Shown here one piece after another: positions 39,001 through 46,923 of a stretch of DNA of 64,000 nt. The stretch comes from an uncultured Alphaproteobacteria bacterium. Lineage in GTDB: Bacteria; Pseudomonadota; Alphaproteobacteria; Rs-D84. Where the stretch lies: the NCBI GenBank assembly GCA_944389385.1, contig CALXMC010000004.1, positions 77,014-141,013 on the forward strand, in the 5' to 3' direction. A program made the translations under genes and the position numbers. The notes below the pieces were generated by a model. That model did no database searches and was not told the DNA's origin. It saw only the letters and a list, made by a program, of their open reading frames with translations. Position 1 is the stretch's first letter. Each line of letters opens with the position of its first letter.

Positions 39001-40635
39001 CATTTGTGCTTCCGCCCAATCTGGAATCTTTCCTATGGTATCGCCGGAATAAAGCACAAGGCTATTGCCCTTCGATAACTCAAAAAAAGTTCCTTGTTGA
39101 GTTTTTAATAACTTTGGCATAGTAGTAAAGCCATGATAATTGTTTGTCCAAAAAATAAAAACATCTATACGTTGTTGTGTATCCCATTCGGACGAATGAC
39201 TGTTTATAAAATTACACAAATCTTTTTCTGATATTTTAGATAAATCTTTGCCTAATATCGACTCTTTTAGTGCGTTTGCGGTTTGTTCTTCTATGTATTC
39301 GGATTTTACTAATTCTTTCAAGTGCGCCAAGTTAGGTTCTGTGTCAGTAAAAAATTCTGGCTTATCCTTGTATGAAAATAATTTTTTTCCGTCCATTGAT
39401 GGAATAATTTTCGCCTCGGATAATTTTTGTTGCAGATTTGCTCGGGCTACTGCATCTTCCCAAAAGCGCAAGTTTTCGGCTAGTTCCGAATTGAAAGTAA
39501 ATAATTCTATTCCCCAGTTCTTATTGTTGTCATGATTTGTAAAATGTGTTACTGCTATGTTTAACAAGTGGATTAATAAGTCTGCCAACAGTTCTTGATT
39601 TGTCGTTGTGTCTGCGGTAAAAGAATCTCGGTTTTGTGTCAGTTGAAATTGGGTGCTGTTCATTAATACTGGCAGCGGCAACTTTTTATCTGTTATTGGG
39701 AATGTATTATAAAGCGTATATGTTTTGTTTTTGTCCCAGTTGCAAGGGACGGCAATTGAGTTGTATTTGTTGTACTTAAAAAAGTAGAATTTATCGTGAG
39801 TAGTGTCACCGTTAGTTTTTTCAATAGTAATAGTTTTTATGTTGTTATTTTCTGTCGTGCTAATGACTATTGTGTGTGACATATCACCAGTATTATCTGT
39901 CAAAATAACTTTATTAATGCGGCGCATAAACAGCATAGAATAAATTTCGTCTGTCTCGAAGGTTTTAAACGCGTTTTTGACTTTTTGAATTTTGTCTGGT
40001 GTCAATCTTAGTTCGATACATGTATCATACGTTTTATTGTATTTTTTATTTGACCATTGTGGTGGAATTTTATCGGTGTCAACATCAAACGGTACAGACA
40101 AAGGTGAAATTAATTCCAGTATATGCGGGTTTGTATCCGTTAAAGTCTTAAAAATAACATTATTGTTCTTGTTCAAAGTATCTAAGACCTTATGTACTCC
40201 AAATTTAGAGAAAGAAACGGCGAAGTCACCAGAATAAATACGTATGTCGTCAGACCAGTTTAGTACGCCTCGAAATCCGATGCCTTTGGCTCCTGTAGTT
40301 TCCTCGTCTTCTGCTTTATCTGAATCAGCACCATTGCATAGACGCATTAGTGTATCGCCAGTAAAAGTTGTGCCGTGATTCATAACTTTTAAACTGTCTT
40401 TGTCTAGTACAAATTCTGTAACCCATTCTGTGCGTATGACTTTATTTAGAGCCGCCTTATTAGCTGCGTCATCTACATTTTGCAATAATTCAAGTAGTAC
40501 GCGTCCAGCATATTCTTTTTTTAACTGATCTTGCGTATTGATATAGCTTCTAGTGTCTGATAAATCACGAGAGTCGCCTGTGTAGGGAAAATATTTTTTT
40601 ATCCAGTGTTCGCGCTGTTCTGTTGCCCAGGTCAT
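36061..40635 (-). CDS. 1524-aa protein: N-terminal sacsin-like GHKL ATPase, large unknown middle, C-terminal DUF3883 (PD-(D/E)xK-like)
   Basis: N-box LELLQNVDDA and glycine box GAKGIGFRGV near the N-terminus. The C-terminus GANAEKRIYEIL...AAGYDIFYNDNNITKYVEVKS...YFVYLV matches the DUF3883 pattern. ATG 40635 has RBS gaagga; a TTG lies at 40659. Confidence 0.8.
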   Translation of the reverse strand: MTWATEQREHWIKKYFPYTGDSRDLSDTRSYINTQDQLKKEYAGRVLLELLQNVDDAANKAALNKVIRTEWVTEFVLDKDSLKVMNHGTTFTGDTLMRLCNGADSDKAEDEETTGAKGIGFRGVLNWSDDIRIYSGDFAVSFSKFGVHKVLDTLNKNNNVIFKTLTDTNPHILELISPLSVPFDVDTDKIPPQWSNKKYNKTYDTCIELRLTPDKIQKVKNAFKTFETDEIYSMLFMRRINKVILTDNTGDMSHTIVISTTENNNIKTITIEKTNGDTTHDKFYFFKYNKYNSIAVPCNWDKNKTYTLYNTFPITDKKLPLPVLMNSTQFQLTQNRDSFTADTTTNQELLADLLIHLLNIAVTHFTNHDNNKNWGIELFTFNSELAENLRFWEDAVARANLQQKLSEAKIIPSMDGKKLFSYKDKPEFFTDTEPNLAHLKELVKSEYIEEQTANALKESILGKDLSKISEKDLCNFINSHSSEWDTQQRIDVFIFWTNNYHGFTTMPKLLKTQQGTFFELSKGNSLVLYSGDTIGKIPDWAEAQMDLINSKDRDYLFKITPVHNANEKNKERDVAEYYNHLTATEIFSHTEKNSLVTKINKLVRGNHKYATEFLMYAYNEYKDKGNNDLRADFSDLYLPGLDGQLYKANQLYFGDKYFPDDKFGDTIWTAAGYKLLATPTQLNLSPNQIEDFVRVIQSIFRVHGKAIPETKQVTNLDAGYKDHLIQKIKEYYGYNRTCNIENVTLQTIDNLDQILKTAPKETLISWLDSIAPQIIKAPQGATITYLWGSSKPGLVTLPVDSYIIYQILNTKWVWFAGTQRKASDCILNSQRWPELIPQLPHIPALWKDVETKTNPAELPIDDFYGILLALPDLNNGGKISTEIYNFIAQKPDKISHLSVSDYNTNKQEFLTSGKLWASRKTPNHEQFFDRTQVYFHSGKPINVNNHPILVTPLRQGQHEIFKKIFGIEQLNEKLTYQADELHYDNAEFEKNFNIFKKYLLCFGTSNLHKVANNISIQIAQKAHEIQTNELLSVKNYTVAACKDAHKYLIYLNRQTTPDKKHIAEALTDIISREAASNISPSLIFNLWSTDDTERASLLLREGYSIEKLNDLIDNRQLFIKRLGEVNKNDFDCTEFINRINFDTFDSIDNAPHIKDVLIKIGVDIDEFNDTNIQVNLRPYNRRLLTQYANSIKNQFSALKYNEYITADINTQSGFYKDVISPFINIEDIADDEIANSIYFDVTDWIKKYFNLSDDFMNELNSTIKTSINISDLTNSKKEEFYRIADDLDRSIIDETLTNMKNQSLLLFGQFDTLKQQCVQKAIHIQQQQQKNNTVLTTPLVLVSDTQVTVASLKNGTTHTHRHTRNNGGSYNPRIEDIKIENGANAEKRIYEILCKQYSKNNVEWISSNAKKFDAQSNLASSKGGDAAGYDIFYNDNNITKYVEVKSVTTTSDGEWNFIITANEEAKANDPKYKDNYFVYLVAETRYIVLTGEKLKKCLANGYIKDKKCAIKLDEAEALLEDLIV

Positions 40636-40801
40636 AGTTCGTCCTTCGTTGTTGAACAAAGTGTAATGTAGTGTGTGGTTCTGAAAAAATCAAGTCTATT
40701 TAGATTGTTAGAAATATGCTTTTTTAATATATGGACCAGTTGGTTTCGATATAATTTGTTGTTTTGCAAATGGAATTAGGCGAAAAAATAGGGAACTTAC
40801 A

Positions 40802-40835
40802 TATGACGCCAGACGCATATTTTTATAATTTGACA
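40802..40835 (+). repeat. 34-bp direct repeat, right copy
   Basis: Identical to 35993-36026. It lies in the intergenic region upstream of the ABC-F gene. Confidence 0.9.
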
Positions 40836-40967
40836 CTTGGGTATTTCTTGATAAAATAAAGGCGTGTATATAACAAAGGTTTGCCAATGAGTCGTATGTA
40901 AACTTATTTTTTCTATCAAGTGCCCGAAATATTCGGGGCAGTTAAAGTTTACATAAAAGGCAATCTT

Positions 40968-42356
40968 ATGAAATCTATCTCTTTATTAAATATCAGTTTT
41001 GCATATTCTGGTACAGACGATTTATTTACAGATTTATCGTACTCATTTAGCGCAGATAAAAAAGTCGCCATTATCGGTGATAATGGGGCAGGGAAAACAA
41101 CACTGTTAAAAATAATTTCTGGCGATTTAGTTGCTGATTCTGGGCGAGTTATTCGTAATGCAAGTTGCCAATTATTGAAACAAATTAATTCTGATGCAAC
41201 AAAAAGTGGCGGTCAAAGTCAGCAACAGGCATTGAGCAGAGTCTTTGATTCCATGGCTGATATTTTATTGCTGGACGAGCCGACCAATAACCTGGACGCA
41301 ACTGCCCGCCAAGATTTTTTCAAAAGGTTGTTTTCTTATCGTGGTGGTGTGGTTATCGTTTCGCATGACGGGGAACTGCTGAATCAAATGGATATGCTGT
41401 TAGAGTTGCATAATGGTAAACTATCTGTGTTTGGAGGAAATTATGATTTTTATGTCGCGCAAAAAAGACAAATGCAAGAAAGTATAGAATCAAAATATAC
41501 AGATGCCCAGAAAGAAATCGCCCGATTAAACGCAACAATTACGAAGGCTCAAAACACCCGCCAACATCACGAAGCAAAACAGCAAAAAGATAAAAATAAT
41601 AAATCTGCAGGCTCAAAAATTGCAGTAAATGCACTTAAAGGCAAAAGTCAAGAAACCGAGGCAAAACGTAGAAAGTTAATACAAGCAAAACTAAATAGGC
41701 AATTAGAGAGTTGTGCTGAATTGTCCGCACAATTACGAAACGATACAATAAAAGTCCCACTGCCGAACGCCAAAGTTTATGATAAAGAAATCGTTAGACT
41801 TGAAAAAGTTTGCTTTTCTTATGGCGAAAAAAGCGTTTTGTCAGATTTTAATTTTACAATGCGTACAGGCGAACGCGTTAGAATAGTCGGTAATAACGGG
41901 GCAGGTAAAACAACGTTGCTGAAACTGATAAGTGGTTTTTTGTACCCATCAGCTGGTTATATAAAAGTATCAGGAAAGGTTGCATATCTGAATCAGGACT
42001 TATCATTACTTAACCACGATAAAAGCGTTGTTGAAAATATCGCAGAGTATGCTGGAATTTTGCAACATAACGCACATGCAATTGCGGCAAATTTTGGTTT
42101 CCGTGGCGATACGTCCAAGAAAAAAGTTGGTGTTTTATCAGGTGGCGAATTATTAAAAGCAACTTTGGCTGCAGTAATAGGGACTGAACAGCAACCCGAC
42201 TTATTGATATTAGACGAACCAACTAATAACTTGGATATAAAAAGCACACTGATTTTAGAAGATGCTTTGAATCAGTATCGTGGCGCAATTTTAATCGTTT
42301 CACACGATGAGGCATTTGTAAACAGATTGCGTATAGATAGCAAACTGATTCTCTAA
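40968..42356 (+). CDS. ABC-F family ATPase (two ABC domains, no TMD; compact, ARE-like size)
   Basis: Two sets of GxNGAGKTTLLK Walker A, SGGQ/SGGE signature and LLLDEPTNNLD Walker B, joined by a charged linker. ATG 40968 has RBS aaaagg. Confidence 0.85.
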   Translation: MKSISLLNISFAYSGTDDLFTDLSYSFSADKKVAIIGDNGAGKTTLLKIISGDLVADSGRVIRNASCQLLKQINSDATKSGGQSQQQALSRVFDSMADILLLDEPTNNLDATARQDFFKRLFSYRGGVVIVSHDGELLNQMDMLLELHNGKLSVFGGNYDFYVAQKRQMQESIESKYTDAQKEIARLNATITKAQNTRQHHEAKQQKDKNNKSAGSKIAVNALKGKSQETEAKRRKLIQAKLNRQLESCAELSAQLRNDTIKVPLPNAKVYDKEIVRLEKVCFSYGEKSVLSDFNFTMRTGERVRIVGNNGAGKTTLLKLISGFLYPSAGYIKVSGKVAYLNQDLSLLNHDKSVVENIAEYAGILQHNAHAIAANFGFRGDTSKKKVGVLSGGELLKATLAAVIGTEQQPDLLILDEPTNNLDIKSTLILEDALNQYRGAILIVSHDEAFVNRLRIDSKLIL

Positions 42357-42372
42357 GATGGCTGAAATAAAG

Positions 42373-42553
42373 TTCCCTGTTATTCGCAGATAATTCCCTG
42401 TTGTGTTCCAAAAAATTCCCTGTTATTTTTGTAGGGAATTTTTTGTGGAATAGGGTAAAAATACCGAAAATCTGCGGGTGTGTTCTAATCTAGGTTGTGT
42501 AAAAATTGCCCCAAAATGCCATTTTTTGCAAAAAATCCCTGTTTTTCCCTGTT
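42373..42553. repeat. cluster of short TTCCCTGTT-type direct repeats (iteron-like) at the island right end
   Basis: Copies at 42373-81, 42394-402, 42416-24, 42535-43 (atccctgtt) and 42545-53. Inverted copies lie at 42433-38 (agggaa) and 42449-55 (aataggg). Confidence 0.55.
42410..42444. promoter_or_regulatory. 12-bp perfect inverted repeat with 11-nt spacer
   Basis: aaaaaattccct-gttatttttgt-agggaatttttt. Confidence 0.45.
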
Positions 42554-42634
42554 TTTAACCCTTTCGTTCGTGTGTTGGGCGCAGGTCTTTCATAACCCAA
42601 AGGTAAAAGGTTTCTTGCACCGCCACAATAAAAA

Positions 42635-42660
42635 ACACGCCCAACGGGCGTGATTTTTTA
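42635..42660. terminator. bidirectional terminator-like hairpin
   Basis: aaaaaacacgccc-aac-gggcgtgatttttt. Confidence 0.55.
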
Positions 42661-42676
42661 TTGTGTTTGATAATAT

Positions 42677-42705
42677 GGATTCGAACCCGGGGACAAGGGT
42701 TCGAA
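42677..42705. other. tRNA-derived T-arm fragments (head-to-head), not a functional tRNA
   Basis: ggattcgaacccgggg is the reverse complement of a ccccgggttcgaatcc T-arm. caagggttcgaa (42694-42705) is identical to tRNA-Ser positions 16057-16068. There is no acceptor stem or CCA. Confidence 0.35.
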
Positions 42706-42784
42706 CCGCCGCAAAAAGGCGGACGGGCGTACGCCGGTTTGCGCGCGTGCGCAAATTTTGCCAGGTGATGAAGCACAGCGAAAT

Positions 42785-42801
42785 AATCCCTTCGTCTCCG
42801 C
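42785..42801 (+). repeat. attR-side direct repeat
   Basis: aatcccttcgtctccgc is identical to 16067-16083. Confidence 0.8.
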
Positions 42802-42886
42802 TGGGAATAATAAAATTGACATTATGACCAGGTTTGTCGCATTCTTGTGTTATATTGTAAAAATAGCACATGTAAAAGGACCAATC

Positions 42887-43921
42887 ATGCAAACCCAATT
42901 AAAAGAACTAAAAAATCTGACAGATGAATTAACGGGCATCAAATTGATCTGGGTCAATTCATGTGAAGAAATATATAAAAAATGGGAAACGCCCACAGAT
43001 TTAATGCAAAAAATCATTAATAAATTTGATGGTATCATAGCAGATTTGACCGCGACGTCGGGCGATAAAACGATTGCCAACGGACTGCAACAGATGGCAT
43101 TAGAACATTATATTAACACGTTTAATCCGTGGACGGTCTATGCCAGAAATTATAAAGCGAATACCCAAGTGCCGCAATTTATATTGAACAATCATGATGC
43201 GGGCATTATTGGCAAACATAACATTAACTACGGTGGCAAAAAACGGGAAATAAAAACGACAAACTTACTGCCAACACCGTTTGTTGGTAATTTGAAGACT
43301 GCCAGATTCGTAATGTTATTAAAAAATCCAGGTCTGGATTATCCCCAAGACTCAAAACGTATTAATCAGCACCCGTGGACACAAACAATTTTGGATAATT
43401 TACAGATGCCAACAACTTATAACAATGGCTTTGTATTTTTAAGAACAGATTACCCACAGATTGTTTGTAATCCACAAGACAAGGGACAAATATGGTGGAA
43501 CAGAAATATAACAAATGTAAAGAATGGTTTGAACCAAGTTTCTGTGGCTTGTGGTCCGGTGCATACTTGGGTCGCGGATATAGAATTGGTCCCATACGCC
43601 TCAGAAATATTTGGCGGTCCCAATGACAACGATAATATTGCGCTAATCACGGGGCTATCTTCCTGGTTTTTTACAAGATGTTTAATTCGCTATGTAATGG
43701 GGCGGGGCATACCTATCTATACTCGTTCCGGAATGGTCGATTTTATCCCAGAATTGCATCAATATAAAACTGGTGGGGCGCACCCATATTCTGGCAGATT
43801 GTTTACAAACAAGAATCCCCAGTGCGCGTCTGTATCTGCCGGGAATGTAAAACAAGTCAACGGCAATGAAAACCCGTCGGATTCGTTTGAAAAACTGAAA
43901 TCCTATATAAAACCTGTATAA
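42887..43921 (+). CDS. hypothetical protein
   Basis: RBS aaaagga precedes ATG 42887. The longer ORF from 42758 would run across attR. No family recognised. Confidence 0.45.
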   Translation: MQTQLKELKNLTDELTGIKLIWVNSCEEIYKKWETPTDLMQKIINKFDGIIADLTATSGDKTIANGLQQMALEHYINTFNPWTVYARNYKANTQVPQFILNNHDAGIIGKHNINYGGKKREIKTTNLLPTPFVGNLKTARFVMLLKNPGLDYPQDSKRINQHPWTQTILDNLQMPTTYNNGFVFLRTDYPQIVCNPQDKGQIWWNRNITNVKNGLNQVSVACGPVHTWVADIELVPYASEIFGGPNDNDNIALITGLSSWFFTRCLIRYVMGRGIPIYTRSGMVDFIPELHQYKTGGAHPYSGRLFTNKNPQCASVSAGNVKQVNGNENPSDSFEKLKSYIKPV

Positions 43922-44206
43922 TGAATATGCACAACACAGATGTCGGGATTTCGCGATGCAATATATCCCGCATCGAGCCTGCGGTGGCATTGCAGCGCGG
44001 ATTTTTCAGTGTCATGAACTTTTGCCTCACGCCTGCGATAATGCACAAATTACCAGAAGTCGCGCAAAGCACAGACAGCATAACAAACACCGCTCCATCT
44101 GGGGTGTTGTTTATTGTGGCGGCGCATAGTGTGCAATTCACAAGCTGATTTTCTTCATAAAATTTTATTTTTTTGGAAAAGATGCGAAAGTGTTTTTGAG
44201 AAAACA

Positions 44207-45019
44207 CTATTTTTGTTGGGCAATAATTTCTGCTTTATGTTTTTGTAATGCAATTTCAGATATTTTGAAATCATAAAAATCATGCAGTTTTTTTACCCAT
44301 ACTTGTATTTCTGATGCATTTAATTGTCTTGGTTTGTATCTTGCTGCAAAGGCCTTTTCAATCTTTCGTAATTGTGAAATATTGTTTTTTTCTGGCAACG
44401 GCGACATGTTTTTATCCAAGCGAACAGCATTATTTTGTCTGAGTATTATATAAGAATTCCGACCGCCACCCTCTGTAAAATTTGGGTACGAAAAACCGTT
44501 TATACCAACTGACTCTAAAAACAAAATCATGCGTTGATAAAATAAATTTTCATTGGTTGGTTGGCTGTACAGACTTTCCAACGATAATTCTTGTTGAATA
44601 GAATCTGGCGCGATCTGTTCGCGTATAAAATCATATTGGTATGGCAGTTCCTTTTTTGCCGCAACTTTACATTTTTGCTCTATATCTTTCCACGGAATCA
44701 ACGAATTTATGTCGTCAATAATAGATTTGTCTAATAGCAGCGCCAATATAATTGCTTGCCAGTCGTCGGTATAGTGATTATTCAAATCAGGAATTTCAAC
44801 ATAGTTGCCATGTTTGAAATTAACGGGGATTATCTTTGGGTTGTTTATATCGATGTTCTTGTCGCGTTTCCATTTACCTTCATTCAGCACTCTTTTTGCC
44901 GCATACTCTGTTCCAAAGTGCGTAAGAGGAAAGAAATAATCAAAATCATAATAAGTTCCATGGAATGCAGTTACCACATTTCCATTGTTATCTGTTAAAA
45001 GTTGGGTTTCTTGTGTCAT
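44207..45019 (-). CDS. hypothetical protein
   Basis: 270-aa ORF starting at ATG 45019. It contains AFHGTYYDFDYFFPLTHFGT near the N-terminus. No confident family. Confidence 0.45.
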   Translation of the reverse strand: MTQETQLLTDNNGNVVTAFHGTYYDFDYFFPLTHFGTEYAAKRVLNEGKWKRDKNIDINNPKIIPVNFKHGNYVEIPDLNNHYTDDWQAIILALLLDKSIIDDINSLIPWKDIEQKCKVAAKKELPYQYDFIREQIAPDSIQQELSLESLYSQPTNENLFYQRMILFLESVGINGFSYPNFTEGGGRNSYIILRQNNAVRLDKNMSPLPEKNNISQLRKIEKAFAARYKPRQLNASEIQVWVKKLHDFYDFKISEIALQKHKAEIIAQQK

Positions 45020-45204
45020 ACGCAAATTATATAAAGATTTTCACATTTTTCCACATAAAACCATAAAAGTATTGAAAAATTAACAAAAAACGGACAGTGA
45101 AATCAGATTTGGTGGATGTGTTTAGGAACGTGTTTATAATGTAAATTCAATGGAATTTACGGTGTTTTTATGTTATAATACACCGCGTATTAACAAAGGC
45201 TTCA

Positions 45205-46320
45205 TTGGTGTTCAAAGCGTCAAACATTTACGAAATGGAAAATTTTTTATTATCTAAATCATCAACCGATGATTTTGTTTTCAGCGCGAACAAGCGCGGC
45301 GTTCCAAACGGAGTTTTATCGGCCGATGATATTCGGCGTGATGTTGCGATATTTGCACGATTGCTGATTCGCGTGTATGTTGGTTGGCCGGTGCATGATG
45401 AAATTACAAAAATGCGAATATTGAAACACTTGATTAACGTTTATAACGACGCACACGAAATATCAGCCGGCGAATTTTTCAAATTATTAAAACCCGTTGT
45501 GGCCGACATTCCGGATAACCATATATCTATCAGGTTTGGCACAATTCGTTTTGGAACGAAATATAAAAAGCCGTATAAAAATGTAGGTAAAAATATCGCG
45601 GGTAATAAAATTGTGCGCGGTGAAATGCGCGATGGTGTTGTTGCGGCGATTGGATTTTCGGCAATGATAAAATCAGACGAGTTCAAAAATGCAATTGTTG
45701 ATTTTGCAAAAAATATATTGCCGAAATCAAACGCGCTGATTATGGATTTACGTGGCAACACCGGTGGTAACAGTTGGTATTCAGATTTATTTGCGGAACA
45801 TCTGTGTGGCGCATGGATTGACAGTATGCAGGCAGTCTATGTCCGTACAAATCGTGATGCCAAAGAATTTTTATCGGTTGTATATCCAACGGCACCGTGG
45901 GCAAAACTGCCTGAATCCGAAGAATTGGTTGTGTGGAAAACGGGCAAAAACTATACGCCCGATATAAATAAAGCATACATGAAACCGATTTATATTTTAA
46001 CTGACCGTCAAACTGCATCATCGGCAGAAATGTTTTTGTTGCGAATGCTTCATCATCCATGTACGGTGGTGGTTGGTGATAATTCGTCTGGAACTGAAGT
46101 GTTTGGTAATGTCGGCAGTGCCCTGTTACCGAGCAGCCAAATCAAATTCAATATCGGTATGAATTATCGTGTTTTGTCCCAAGAAAATTTTGAACTAAAT
46201 GGCGTTACGCCGAATATAAAATGCCCTGAAAATACAGATGCCCTGACCGTGGCACTGCGGGAAATTGCAAATCAGCAAATTTTATCGCAAGCAATAAAAC
46301 AGAACAGTAACGCATTGTAA
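45205..46320 (+). CDS. peptidase S41 family protein
   Basis: LIMDLRGNTGGNSW and ILTDRQTASSAEMF are typical S41 motifs. The start is uncertain (TTG 45205, GTG 45208 or ATG 45235). Confidence 0.65.
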   Translation: MVFKASNIYEMENFLLSKSSTDDFVFSANKRGVPNGVLSADDIRRDVAIFARLLIRVYVGWPVHDEITKMRILKHLINVYNDAHEISAGEFFKLLKPVVADIPDNHISIRFGTIRFGTKYKKPYKNVGKNIAGNKIVRGEMRDGVVAAIGFSAMIKSDEFKNAIVDFAKNILPKSNALIMDLRGNTGGNSWYSDLFAEHLCGAWIDSMQAVYVRTNRDAKEFLSVVYPTAPWAKLPESEELVVWKTGKNYTPDINKAYMKPIYILTDRQTASSAEMFLLRMLHHPCTVVVGDNSSGTEVFGNVGSALLPSSQIKFNIGMNYRVLSQENFELNGVTPNIKCPENTDALTVALREIANQQILSQAIKQNSNAL

Positions 46321-46322
46321 TA

Positions 46323-46916
46323 TCAACATTGGCACGAAAATTTTTTGCCGTCCCAGTTCAATTTAACATAATCACAATTGCCGATTTTTGTATCTCCCAT
46401 ACCGACCAAATCCAAAATGCCACGCATAATGCCGCTGTGTGTGGAAATGGCGATTGTGTCATACGGTGCGTTTTTGGCAATGTCTGTAATTGCCGCCCGA
46501 CCCCGGGCCCAACATTCGGTACGCGATTCCCCACCGTCGGGTTGCCAGTTATCGTCGTTTAATTGTGCCGCCGGCCAAAACAGTTCCATTTGGTTGTAAT
46601 CCATCTGGTATTCGGCCGGATTATTAGTGCCGTGCACTATATGTCCCTGTAATTTCCCGTTATGGCGTTCCATCAGACGTTTGTCAGTAATAATTGGTGC
46701 GCCAATTTTGTCGGCCACAGCCTGCGCAGTTTCCATTGCACGCGCCAAGGGCGAAGAATATATCGCACCAATTGCGAATGTTGCCAATTTATTTGCTAAT
46801 TCAGTGGCTTGGACGCGCCCCACATCATTCAATGGAATGTCCATTTGGCCCATAATACGCCGTGCCACATTATAATCAGTCTGCCCATGCCGAAAAACAT
46901 AGATTGTTTTTGTCAT
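46323..46916 (-). CDS. histidine phosphatase (phosphoglycerate mutase) family protein
   Basis: IYVFRHGQTDYN RHG motif and a later ISTHSG His. RBS aggaaagg precedes ATG 46916. Confidence 0.8.
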   Translation of the reverse strand: MTKTIYVFRHGQTDYNVARRIMGQMDIPLNDVGRVQATELANKLATFAIGAIYSSPLARAMETAQAVADKIGAPIITDKRLMERHNGKLQGHIVHGTNNPAEYQMDYNQMELFWPAAQLNDDNWQPDGGESRTECWARGRAAITDIAKNAPYDTIAISTHSGIMRGILDLVGMGDTKIGNCDYVKLNWDGKKFSCQC

Positions 46917-46923
46917 TATGATT

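Larger units (their letters stand above)
16067..42801. mobile_element. ~26.7-kb genomic island integrated at the 3' end of tRNA-Ser(GGA)
   Basis: Flanking direct repeat aatcccttcgtctccgc (16067-16083 and 42785-42801). A recombinase gene lies next to the tRNA. Composition shifts visibly to A+T. Cargo includes R-M, TA and resistance-like genes. Confidence 0.75.

Noticed and set aside
42373-42553. CRISPR-like array
   Set aside because: The repeat units are only 9-13 nt with irregular spacing and mixed orientation. There are no cas genes in the window.
42660-42780. Possible tmRNA (one- or two-piece) or complete tRNA gene, suggested by GGATTCGAAC/GGTTCGAAC motifs and the nearby terminator
   Set aside because: I could not build an acceptor stem or complete T-arm stems. 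There is no CCA end and no tag-like reading frame (AND...AA type). I treat them as tRNA-derived fragments only.
43922-44206. 75-aa (+) and 116-aa (-) ORFs in the spacer between convergent orphan genes; the segment looks GC-richer than its flanks
   Set aside because: There are no RBS, no motifs, and the frames overlap each other. It may be a remnant of a decayed gene or an ncRNA, but I cannot support either from sequence alone.
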